DNA from: Auanema rhodensis
Taxonomy: Eukaryota > Animalia > Nematoda
DNA length: 64,000 nt
NCBI GenBank assembly: GCA_964057225.1
Contig: OZ059900.1
Location: 17,484,001-17,548,000 of the forward strand
Reading direction: 5' to 3'
The notes under the pieces are model-generated. The model did no database searches. It saw nothing but the letters and a program-made list of their open reading frames with translations, and had not been told where the DNA came from. Shown here piece by piece: positions 11,969 to 25,500 of the stretch. The first letter of the stretch is position 1, and each line of letters starts with the position of its first letter. A program made the translations under genes and the position numbers.

Positions 11969-14900
11969 AGTTCCACTTTCACGACAAAAAAACAGGGGTT
12001 AGAAAACTAAGGAAATTAGCATATTCTGAGGGCACGCCCCTTATGGCTAATATTGATTAAATCGATTTTTGTTCATATGAGTCGTCAAATGCAACGAATT
12101 TCAGCGTGTTACATACTAAAATGAAGCCTTTTACATGCTGAACACTAGAAAAATACAAAAACACAATATTTCCCATGAGAAATTTTTTATTATGCTGGAA
12201 AACCAGTTTTTGGAAATTTCGCTGTAAACAAGGTTTTGACTTACGATTTCATGTGCTCAAACTCATGCAATGTCAATGAAACCTAGCTCAAAATTGTTCG
12301 TACAACGTCTAGTTCCACTTTCACGACAAAAAAACAGGGGTTAGAAAATTAAGGAAATTAGCATATTCTGAGGGCACGCCCCTTATGGCTAATATTGATT
12401 AAATCGATTTTTGTTCATATGAGTCGTCAAATGCAACGAATTTCAGCGTGTTACATACTAAAATGAAGCATTTTACATGCTGAACACTAGAAAAATACAA
12501 AAACACAGTATTTCCCATGAGAAATATTTTATTATGCTGGAAAACCAGTTTTTGGAAATTTCGCTGTAAACAAGGTTTTGACTTACGATTTCATGTGTTC
12601 AAACTCATGCAATGTCAATGAAACCTAGCTCAAAATTGTTCGTACAACGTCTAGTTCCACTTTCACGACAAAAAAACAGGGGTTAGAAAATTAAGGAAAT
12701 TAGCATATTCTGAGGGCACGCCCCTTATGGCTATTATTGATTAAATCGATTTTTGTTCATATGAGTCGTCAAATGCAACGAATTTCAGCGTGTTACATAC
12801 TAAAATGAAGCATTTTACATGCTGAACACTAGAAAAATACAAAAACACAGTATTTCCCATGAGAAATATTTTATTATGCTGGAAAACCAGTTTTTGGAAA
12901 TTTCGCTGTAAACAAGGTTTTGACTTACGATTTCATGTGTTCAAACTCATGCAATGTCAATGAAACCTAGCTCAAAATTGTTCGTACAACGTCTAGTTCC
13001 ACTTTCACGACAAAAAAACAAGGGTTAGAAAATTAAGGAAATTAGCATATTCTGAGGGCACGCCCCTTATGGCTAATATTGATTAAATCGATTTTTGTTC
13101 ATATGAGTCGTCAAATGCAACGAATTTCAGCGTGTTACATACTAAAATGAAGCATTTTACATGCTGAACACTAGAAAAATACAAAAACACAGTATTTCCC
13201 ATGAGAAATATTTTATTATGCTGGAAAACCAGTTTTTGGAAATTTCGCTGTAAACAAGGTTTTGACTTACGATTTCATGTGTTCAAACTCATGCAATGTC
13301 AATGAAACCTAGCTCAAAATTGTTCGTACAACGTCTAGTTCCACTTTCACGACAAAAAAACAGGGGTTAGAAAATTAAGGAAATTAGCATATTCTGAGGG
13401 CACGCCCCTTATGGCTAATATTGATTAAATCGATTTTTGTTCATATGAGTCGTCAAATGCAACGAATTTCAGCGTGTTACATACTAAAATGAAGCATTTT
13501 ACATGCTGAACACTAGAAAAATACAAAAACACAGTATTTCCCATGAGAAATATTTTATTATGCTGGAAAACCAGTTTTTGGAAATTTCGCTGTAAACAAG
13601 GTTTTGACTTACGTTTTCATGTGTTCAAACTCATGCAATGTCAATGAAACCTAGCTCAAAATTGTTCGTACAACGTCTAGTTCCACTTTCACGACAAAAA
13701 AACAGGGGTTAGAAAATTAAGGAAATTAGCATATTCTGAGGGCACGCCCCTTATGGCTAATATTGATTAAATCGATTTTTGTTCATATGAGTCGTCAAAT
13801 GCAACGAATTTCAGCGTGTTACATACTAAAATGGAGCATTTTACATGCTGAACACTAGAAAAATACAAAAACACAGTATTTCCCATGAGAAATATTTTAT
13901 TATGCTGGAAAACCAGTTTTTGGAAATTTCGCTGTAAACAAGGTTTTGACTTACGATTTCATGTGTTCAAACTCATGCAATGTCAATGAAACCTAGCTCA
14001 AAATTGTTCGTACAACGTCTAGTTCCACTTTCACGACAAAAAAACAGGGGTTAGAAAACTAAGGAAATTAGCATATTCTGAGGGCACGCCCCTTATGGCT
14101 AATATTGATTAAATCGATTTTTGTTCATATGAGTCGTCAAATGCAACGAATTTCAGCGTGTTACATACTAAAATGAAGCCTTTTACATGCTGAACACTAG
14201 AAAAATACAAAAACACAGTATTTCCCATGAGAAATTTTTTATTATGCTGGAAAACCAGTTTTTGGAAATTTCGCTGTAAACAAGGTTTTGACTTACGATT
14301 TCATGTGCTCAAACTCATGCAATGTCAATGAAACCTAGCTCAAAATTGTTCGTACAACGTCTAGTTCCACTTTCACGACAAAAAAACAGGGGTTAGAAAA
14401 TTAAGGAAATTAGCATATTCTGAGGGCACGCCCCTTATGGCTAATATTGATTAAATCGATTTTTGTTCATATGAGTCGTCAAATGCAACGAATTTCAGCG
14501 TGTTACATACTAAAATGAAGCATTTTACATGCTGAACACTAGAAAAATACAAAAACACAGTATTTCCCATGAGAAATATTTTATTATGCTGGAAAACCAG
14601 TTTTTGGAAATTTCGCTGTAAACAAGGTTTTGACTTACGATTTCATGTGTTCAAACTCATGCAATGTCAATGAAACCTAGCTCAAAATTGTTCGTACAAC
14701 GTCTAGTTCCACTTTCACGACAAAAAAACAGGGGTTAGAAAATTAAGGAAATTAGCATATTCTGAGGGCACGCCCCTTATGGCTAATATTGATTAAATCG
14801 ATTTTTGTTCATATGAGTCGTCAAATGCAACGAATTTCAGCGTGTTACATACTAAAATGAAGCATTTTACATGCTGAACACTAGAAAAATACAAAAACAC

Positions 14901-17440
14901 AGTATTTCCCATGAGAAATATTTTATTATGCTGGAAAACCAGTTTTTGGAAATTTCGCTGTAAACAAGGTTTTGACTTACGATTTCATGTGTTCAAACTC
15001 ATGCAATGTCAATGAAACCTAGCTCAAAATTGTTCGTACAACGTCTAGTTCCACTTTCACGACAAAAAAACAAGGGTTAGAAAATTAAGGAAATTAGCAT
15101 ATTCTGAGGGCACGCCCCTTATGGCTAATATTGATTAAATCGATTTTTGTTCATATGAGTCGTCAAATGCAACGAATTTCAGCGTGTTACATACTAAAAT
15201 GAAGCATTTTACATGCTGAACACTAGAAAAATACAAAAACACAGTATTTCCCATGAGAAATATTTTATTATGCTGGAAAACCAGTTTTTGGAAATTTCGC
15301 TGTAAACAAGGTTTTGACTTACGATTTCATGTGTTCAAACTCATGCAATGTCAATGAAACCTAGCTCAAAATTGTTCGTACAACGTCTAGTTCCACTTTC
15401 ACGACAAAAAAACAGGGGTTAGAAAATTAAGGAAATTAGCATATTCTGAGGGCACGCCCCTTATGGCTAATATTGATTAAATCGATTTTTGTTCATATGA
15501 GTCGTCAAATGCAACGAATTTCAGCGTGTTACATACTAAAATGAAGCATTTTACATGCTGAACACTAGAAAAATACAAAAACACAGTATTTCCCATGAGA
15601 AATATTTTATTATGCTGGAAAACCAGTTTTTGGAAATTTCGCTGTAAACAAGGTTTTGACTTACGATTTCATGTGTTCAAACTCATGCAATGTCAATGAA
15701 ACCTAGCTCAAAATTGTTCGTACAACGTCTAGTTCCACTTTCACGACAAAAAAACAGGGGTTAGAAAATTAAGGAAATTAGCATATTCTGAGGGCACGCC
15801 CCTTATGGCTAATATTGATTAAATCGATTTTTGTTCATATGAGTCGTCAAATGCAACGAATTTCAGCGTGTTACATACTAAAATGAAGCATTTTACATGC
15901 TGAACACTAGAAAAATACAAAAACACAGTATTTCCCATGAGAAATATTTTATTATGCTGGAAAACCAGTTTTTGGAAATTTCGCTGTAAACAAGGTTTTG
16001 ACTTACGATTTCATGTGTTCAAACTCATGCAATGTCAATGAAACCTAGCTCAAAATTGTTCGTACAACGTCTAGTTCCACTTTCACGACAAAAAAACAGG
16101 GGTTAGAAAACTAAGGAAATTAGCATATTCTGAGGGCACGCCCCTTATGGCTAATATTGATTAAATCGATTTTTGTTCATATGAGTCGTCAAATGCAACG
16201 AATTTCAGCGTGTTACATACTAAAATGAAGCCTTTTACATGCTGAACACTAGAAAAATACAAAAACACAGTATTTCCCATGAGAAATTTTTTATTATGCT
16301 GGAAAACCAGTTTTTGGAAATTTCGCTGTAAACAAGGTTTTGACTTACGATTTCATGTGCTCAAACTCATGCAATGTCAATGAAACCTAGCTCAAAATTG
16401 TTCGTACAACGTCTAGTTCCACTTTCACGACAAAAAAACAGGGGTTAGAAAATTAAGGAAATTAGCATATTCTGAGGGCACGCCCCTTATGGCTAATATT
16501 GATTAAATCGATTTTTGTTCATATGAGTCGTCAAATGCAACGAATTTCAGCGTGTTACATACTAAAATGAAGCATTTTACATGCTGAACACTAGAAAAAT
16601 ACAAAAACACAGTATTTCCCATGAGAAATATTTTATTATGCTGGAAAACCAGTTTTTGGAAATTTCGCTGTAAACAAGGTTTTGACTTACGATTTCATGT
16701 GTTCAAACTCATGCAATGTCAATGAAACCTAGCTCAAAATTGTTCGTACAACGTCTAGTTCCACTTTCACGACAAAAAAACAGGGGTTAGAAAATTAAGG
16801 AAATTAGCATATTCTGAGGGCACGCCCCTTATGGCTAATATTGATTAAATCGATTTTTGTTCATATGAGTCGTCAAATGCAACGAATTTCAGCGTGTTAC
16901 ATACTAAAATGAAGCATTTTACATGCTGAACACTAGAAAAATACAAAAACACAGTATTTCCCATGAGAAATATTTTATTATGCTGGAAAACCAGCTTTTG
17001 GAAATTTCGCTGTAAACAAGGTTTTGAATTACGATTTCATGTGTTCAAACTCATGCAATGTCAATGAAACCTAGCTCAAAATTGTTCGTACAACGTCTAG
17101 TTCCACTTTCACGACAAAAAAACAAGGGTTAGAAAATTAAGGAAATTAGCATATTCTGAGGGCACGCCCCTTATGGCTAATATTGATTAAATCGATTTTT
17201 GTTCATATGAGTCGTCAAATGCAACGAATTTCAGCGTGTTACATACTAAAATGAAGCATTTTACATGCTGAACACTAGAAAAATACAAAAACACAGTATT
17301 TCCCATGAGAAATATTTTATTATGCTGGAAAACCAGTTTTTGGAAATTTCGCTGTAAACAAGGTTTTGACTTACGATTTCATGTGTTCAAACTCATGCAA
17401 TGTCAATGAAACATAGCTCAAAATTGTTCGTACAACGTCT
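11969..17440 (+). repeat. 6-monomer higher-order repeat, about 3 copies, period 2052 bp
   Basis: The four-variant monomer (T39C/A160C/A216T/T288C) starts at 11969, 14021 and 16073. A G27A monomer follows three units later each time, at 12995, 15047 and 17099. Confidence 0.88.
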
Positions 17441-19150
17441 AGTTCCACTTTCACGACAAAAAAACAGGGGTTAGAAAATTAAGGAAATTAGCATATTCTG
17501 AGGGCACGCCCCTTATGGCTAATATTGATTAAATCGATTTTTGTTCATATGAGTCGTCAAATGCAACGAATTTCAGCGTGTTACATACTAAAATGAAGCA
17601 TTTTACATGCTGAACACTAGAAAAATACAAAAACACAGTATTTCCCATGAGAAATATTTTATTATGCTGGAAAACCAGTTTTTGGAAATTTCGCTGTAAA
17701 CAAGGTTTTGACTTACGATTTCATGTGTTCAAACTCATGCAATGTCAATGAAACCTAGCTCAAAATTGTTCGTACAACGTCTAGTTCCACTTTCACGACA
17801 AAAAAACAGGGGTTAGAAAATTAAGGAAATTAGCATATTCTGAGGGCACGCCCCTTATGGCTAATATTGATTAAATCGATTTTTGTTCATATGAGTCGTC
17901 AAATGCAACGAATTTCAGCGTGTTACATACTAAAATGAAGCATTTTACATGCTGAACACTAGAAAAATACAAAAACACAGTATTTCCCATGAGAAATATT
18001 TTATTATGCTGGAAAACCAGTTTTTGGAAATTTCGCTGTAAACAAGGTTTTGACTTACGATTTCATGTGTTCAAACTCATGCAATGTCAATGAAACCTAG
18101 CTCAAAATTGTTCGTACAACGTCTAGTTCCACTTTCACGACAAAAAAACAGGGGTTAGAAAATTAAGGAAATTAGCATATTCTGAGGGCACGCCCCTTAT
18201 GGCTAATATTGATTAAATCGATTTTTGTTCATATGAGTCGTCAAATGCAACGAATTTCAGCGTGTTACATACTTAAATGAAGCATTTTACATGCTGAACA
18301 CTAGAAAAATACAAAAACACAGTATTTCCCATGAGAAATATTTTATTATGCTGGAAAACCAGTTTTTGGAAATTTCGCTGTAAACAAGGTTTTGACTTAC
18401 GATTTCATGTGTTCAAACTCATGCAATGTCAATGAAACCTAGCTCAAAATTGTTCGTACAACGTCTAGTTCCACTTTCACGACAAAAAAACAGGGGTTAG
18501 AAAATTAAGGAAATTAGCATATTCTGAGGGCACGCCCCTTATGGCTAATATTGATTAAATCGATTTTTGTTCATATGAGTCGTCAAATGCAACGAATTTC
18601 AGCGTGTTACATACTAAAATGAAGCATTTTACATGCTGAACACTAGAAAAATACAAAAACACAGTATTTCACCTGAGAAATATTTTATTATGCTGGAAAA
18701 CCAGTTTTTGGAAATTTCGCTGTAAACAAGGTTTTGACTTACGATTTCATGTGTTCAAACTCATGCAATGTCAATGAAACCTAGCTCAAAATTGTTCGTA
18801 CAACGTCTAGTTCCACTTTCACGACAAAAAAACAGGGGTTAGAAAATTAAGGAAATTAGCATATTCTGAGGGCACGCCCCTTATGGCTAATATTGATTAA
18901 ATCGATTTTTGTTCATATGAGTCGTCAAATGCAACGAATTTCAGCGTGTTACATACTAAAATGAAGCATTTTACATGCTGAACACTAGAAAAATACAAAA
19001 ACACAGTATTTCCCATGAGAAATATTTTATTATGCTGGAAAACCAGTTTTTGGAAATTTCGCTGTAAACAAGGTTTTGACTTACGATTTCATGTGTTCAA
19101 ACTCATGCAATGTCGATGAAACCTAGCTCAAAATTGTTCGTACAACGTCT

Positions 19151-22100
19151 AGTTCCACTTTCACGACAAAAAAACAGGGGTTAGAAAATTAAGGAAATTA
19201 GCATATTCTGAGGGCACGCCCCTTATGGCTAATATTGATTAAATTGATTTTTGTTCATATGAGTCGTCAAATGCAACGAATTTCAGCGTGTTACATACTA
19301 AAATGAAGCATTTTACATGCTGAACACTAGAAAAATACAAAAACACAGTATTTCCCATGAGAAATATTTTATTATGCTGGAAAACCAGTTTTTGGAAATT
19401 TCGCTGTAAACAAGGTTTTGACTTACGATTTCATGTGTTCAAACTCATGCAATGTCGATGAAACCTAGCTCAAAATTGTTCGTACAACGTCTAGTTCCAC
19501 TTTCACGACAAAAAAACAGGGGTTAGAAAATTAAGGAAATTAGCATATTCTGAGGGCACGCCCCTTATGGCTAATATTGATTAAATCGATTTTTGTTCAT
19601 ATGAGTCGTCAAATGCAACGAATTTCAGCGTGTTACAAACCAAAATGAAGCATTTTACATGCTGAACACTAGAAAAATACAAAAACACAGTATTTCCCAT
19701 GAGAAATATTTTATTATGCTGGAAAACCAGTTTTTGGAAATTTCGCTGTAAACAAGGTTTTGACTTACGATTTCATGTGTTCAAACTCATGCAATGTCAA
19801 TGAAACCTAGCTCAAAATTGTTCGTACAACGTCTAGTTCCACTTTCACGACAAAAAAACAGGGGTTAGAAAATTAAGGAAATTAGCATATTCTGAGGGCA
19901 CGCCCCTTATGGCTAATATTGATTAAATCGATTTTTGTTCATATGAGTCGTCAAATGCAACGAATTTCAGCGTGTTACATACTAAAATGAAGCATTTTAC
20001 ATGCTGAACACTAGAAAAATACAAAAACACAGTATTTCCCATGAGAAATATTTTATTATGCTGGAAAACCAGTTTTTGGAAATTTCGCTGTAAACAAGGT
20101 TTTGACTTACGATTTCATGTGTTCAAACTCATGCAATGTCAATGAAACCTAGCTCAAAATTGTTCGTACAACGTCTAGTTCCACTTTCACGACAAAAAAA
20201 CAGGGGTTAGAAAATTAAGGAAATTAGCATATTCTGAGGGCACGCCCCTTATGGCTAATATTGATTAAATCGATTTTTGTTCATATGAGTCGTCAAATGC
20301 AACGAATTTCAGCGTGTTACATACTAAAATGAAGCATTTTACATGCTGAACACTAGAAAAATACAAAAACACAGTATTTCCCATGAGAAATATTTTATTA
20401 TGCTGGAAAACCAGTTTTTGGAAATTTCGCTGTAAACAAGGTTTTGACTTACGATTTCATGTGTTCAAACTCATGCAATGTCGATGAAACCTAGCTCAAA
20501 ATTGTTCGTACAACGTCTAGTTCCACTTTCACGACAAAAAAACAGGGGTTAGAAAATTAAGGAAATTAGCATATTCTGAGGGCACGCCCCTTATGGCTAA
20601 TATTGATTAAATCGATTTTTGTTCATATGAGTCGTCAAATGCAACGAATTTCAGCGTGTTACAAACCAAAATGAAGCATTTTACATGCTGAACACTAGAA
20701 AAATACAAAAACACAGTATTTCCCATGAGAAATATTTTATTATGCTGGAAAACCAGTTTTTGGAAATTTCGCTGTAAACAAGGTTTTGACTTACGATTTC
20801 ATGTGTTCAAACTCATGCAATGTCAATGAAACCTAGCTCAAAATTGTTCGTACAACGTCTAGTTCCACTTTCACGACAAAAAAACAGGGGTTAGAAAATT
20901 AAGGAAATTAGCATATTCTGAGGGCACGCCCCTTATGGCTAATATTGATTAAATCGATTTTTGTTCATATGAGTCGTCAAATGCAACGAATTTCAGCGTG
21001 TTACATACTAAAATGAAGCATTTTACATGCTGAACACTAGAAAAATACAAAAACACAGTATTTCCCATGAGAAATATTTTATTATGCTGGAAAACCAGTT
21101 TTTGGAAATTTCGCTGTAAACAAGGTTTTGACTTACGATTTCATGTGTTCAAACTCATGCAATGTCAATGAAACCTAGCTCAAAATTGTTCGTACAACGT
21201 CTAGTTCCACTTTCACGACAAAAAAACAGGGGTTAGAAAATTAAGGAAATTAGCATATTCTGAGGGCACGCCCCTTATGGCTAATATTGATTAAATCGAT
21301 TTTTGTTCATATGAGTCGTCAAATGCAACGAATTTCAGCGTGTTACATACTAAAATGAAGCATTTTACATGCTGAACACTAGAAAAATACAAAAACACAG
21401 TATTTCCCATGAGAAATATTTTATTATGCTGGAAAACCAGTTTTTGGAAATTTCGCTGTAAACAAGGTTTTGACTTACGATTTCATGTGCTCAAACTCAT
21501 GCAATGTCAATGAAACCTAGCTCAAAATTGATCGTACAACGTCTAGTTCCACTTTCACGACAAAAAAACAGGGGTTAGAAAATTAAGGAAATTAGCATAT
21601 TCTGAGGGCACGCCCCTTATGGCTAATATTGATTAAATCGATTTTTGTTCATATGAGTCGTCAAATGCAACGAATTTCAGCGTGTTACAAACCAAAATGA
21701 AGCATTTTACATGCTGAACACTAGAAAAATACAAAAACACAGTATTTCCCATGAGAAATATTTTATTATGCTGGAAAACCAGTTTTTGGAAATTTCGCTG
21801 TAAACAAGGTTTTGACTTACGATTTCATGTGTTCAAACTCATGCAATGTCAATGAAACCTAGCTCAAAATTGTTCGTACAACGTCTAGTTCCACTTTCAC
21901 GACAAAAAAACAGGGGTTAGAAAATTAAGGAAATTAGCATATTCTGAGGGCACGCCCCTTATGGCTAATATTGATTAAATCGATTTTTGTTCATATGAGT
22001 CGTCAAATGCAACGAATTTCAGCGTGTTACATACTAAAATGAAGCATTTTACATGCTGAACACTAGAAAAATACAAAAACACAGTATTTCCCATGAGAAA

Positions 22101-22570
22101 TATTTTATTATGCTGGAAAACCAGTTTTTGGAAATTTCGCTGTAAACAAGGTTTTGACTTACGATTTCATGTGTTCAAACTCATGCAATGTCAATGAAAC
22201 CTAGCTCAAAATTGTTCGTACAACGTCTAGTTCCACTTTCACGACAAAAAAACAGGGGTTAGAAAATTAAGGAAATTAGCATATTCTGAGGGCACGCCCC
22301 TTATGGCTAATATTGATTAAATCGATTTTTGTTCATATGAGTCGTCAAATGCAACGAATTTCAGCGTGTTACATACTAAAATGAAGCATTTTACATGCTG
22401 AACACTAGAAAAATACAAAAACACAGTATTTCCCATGAGAAATATTTTATTATGCTGGAAAACCAGTTTTTGGAAATTTCGCTGTAAACAAGGTTTTGAC
22501 TTACGATTTCATGTGCTCAAACTCATGCAATGTCAATGAAACCTAGCTCAAAATTGATCGTACAACGTCT
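19151..22570 (+). repeat. 3-monomer higher-order repeat, period 1026 bp
   Basis: T146A+T149C monomers start at 19493, 20519 and 21545. A307G monomers start at 19151 and 20177. T288C+T329A monomers start at 21203 and 22229. Confidence 0.85.
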
Positions 22571-25500
22571 AGTTCCACTTTCACGACAAAAAAACAGGGG
22601 TTACGACAAAAAACAGGGGTTAGAAAATTAAGGAAATTAGCATATTCTGAGGGCACGCCCCTTATGGCTAATATTGATTAAATCGATTTTTGTTCATATG
22701 AGTCGTCAAATGCAACGAATTTCAGCGTGTTACATACTAAAATGAAGCATTTTACATGCTGAACACTAGAAAAATACAAAAACACAGTATTTCCCATGAG
22801 AAATATTTTATTATGCTGGAAAACCAGTTTTTGGAAATTTCGCTGTAAACAAGGTTTTGACTTACGATTTCATGTGTTCAAACTCATGCAATGTCAATGA
22901 AACCTAGCTCAAAATTGTTCGTACAACGTCTAGTTCCACTTTCACGACAAAAAAACAGGGGTTACGACAAAAAACAGGGGTTAGAAAATTAAGGAAATTA
23001 GCATATTCTGAGGGCACGCCCCTTATGGCTAATATTGATTAAATCGATTTTTGTTCATATGAGTCGTCAAATGCAACGAATTTCAGCGTGTTACATACTA
23101 AAATGAAGCATTTTACATGCTGAACACTAGAAAAATACAAAAACACAGTATTTCCCATGAGAAATATTTTATTATGCTGGAAAACCAGTTTTTGGAAATT
23201 TCGCTGTAAACAAGGTTTTGACTTACGATTTCATGTGTTCAAACTCATGCAATGTCAATGAAACCTAGCTCAAAATTGTTCGTACAACGTCTAGTTCCAC
23301 TTTCACGACAAAAAAACAGGGGTTAGAAAATTAAGGAAATTAGCATATTCTGAGGGCACGCCCCTTATGGCTAATATTGATTAAATCGATTTTTGTTCAT
23401 ATGAGTCGTCAAATGCAACGAATTTCAGCGTGTTACATACTTAAATGAAGCATTTTACATGCTGAACACTAGAAAAATACAAAAACACAGTATTTCCCAT
23501 GAGAAATATTTTATTATGCTGGAAAACCAGTTTTTGGAAATTTCGCTGTAAACAAGGTTTTGACTTACGATTTCATGTGTTCAAACTCATGCAATGTCAA
23601 TGAAACCTAGCTCAAAATTGTTCGTACAACGTCTAGTTCCACTTTCACGACAAAAAAAACAGGGGTTACGACAAAAAACAGGGGTTAGAAAATTAAGGAA
23701 ATTAGCATATTCTGAGGGCACGCCCCTTATGGCTAATATTGATTAAATCGATTTTTGTTCATATGAGTCGTCAAATGCAACGAATTTCAGCGTGTTACAT
23801 ACTAAAATGAAGCATTTTACATGCTGAACACTAGAAAAATACAAAAACACAGTATTTCCCATGAGAAATATTTTATTATGCTGGAAAACCAGTTTTTGGA
23901 AATTTCGCTGTAAACAAGGTTTTGACTTACGATTTCATGTGTTCAAACTCATGCAATGTCAATGAAACCTAGCTCAAAATTGTTCGTACAACGTCTAGTT
24001 CCACTTTCACGACAAAAAAACAGGGGTTAGAAAATTAAGGAAATTAGCATATTCTGAGGGCACGCCCCTTATGGCTAATATTGATTAAATCGATTTTTGT
24101 TCATATGAGTCGTCAAATGCAACGAATTTCAGCGTGTTACATACTAAAATGAAGCATTTTACATGCTGAACACTAGAAAAATACAAAAACACAGTATTTC
24201 CCATGAGAAATATTTTATTATGCTGGAAAACCAGTTTTTGGAAATTTCGCTGTAAACAAGGTTTTGACTTACGATTTCATGTGTTCAAACTCATGCAATG
24301 TCAATGAAACCTAGCTCAAAATTGTTCGTACAACGTCTAGTTCCACTTTCACGACAAAAAAACAGGGGTTAGAAAATTAAGGAAATTAGCATATTCTGAG
24401 GGCACGCCCCTTATGGCTAATATTGATTAAATCGATTTTTGTTCATATGATTCGTCAAATGCAACGAATTTTAGCGTGTTACATACTAAAATGAAGCATT
24501 TTACATGCTGAACACTAGAAAAATATAAAAACACAGTATTTCCCATGAGAAATATTTTATTATGCTGGAAAACCAGTTTTTGGAAATTTCGCTGTAAACA
24601 AGGTTTTGACTTACGATTTCATGTGTTCAAACTCATGCAATGTCAATGAAACCTAGCTCAAAATTGTTCGTACAACGTCTAGTTCCACTTTCACGACAAA
24701 AAAACAGGGGTTAGAAAATTAAGGAAATTAGCATATTCTGAGGGCACGCCCCTTATGGCTAATATTGATTAAATCGATTTTTGTTCATATGAGTCGTCAA
24801 ATGCAACGAATTTCAGCGTGTTACATACTAAAATGAAGCATTTTACATGCTGAACACTAGAAAAATACAAAAACACAGTATTTCCCATGAGAAATATTTT
24901 ATTATGCTGGAAAACCAGTTTTTGGAAATTTCGCTGTAAACAAGGTTTTGACTTACGATTTCATGTGTTCAAACTCATGCAATGTCAATGAAACCTAGCT
25001 CAAAATTGTTCGTACAACGTCTAGTTCCACTTTCACGACAAAAAAACAGGGGTTAGAAAATTAAGGAAATTAGCATATTCTGAGGGCACGCCCCTTATGG
25101 CTAATATTGATTAAATCGATTTTTGTTCATATGAGTCGTCAAATGCAACGAATTTCAGCGTGTTACATACTAAAATGAAGCCTTTTACAAGCTGAACACT
25201 AGAAAAATACAAAAACACAGTATTTCCCATGAGAAATATTTTATTATGCTGGAAAACCAGTTTTTGGAAATTTCGCTGTAAACAAGGTTTTGACTTACGA
25301 TTTCATGTGTTCAAACTCATGCAATGTCAATGAAACCTAGCTCAAAATTGTTTGTACAACGTCTAGTTCCACTTTCACGACAAAAAAACAGGGGTTAGAA
25401 AATTAAGGAAATTAGCATATTCTGAGGGCACGCCCCTTATGGCTAATATTGATTAAATCGATTTTTGTTCATATGAGTCGTCAAATGCAACGAATTTCAG

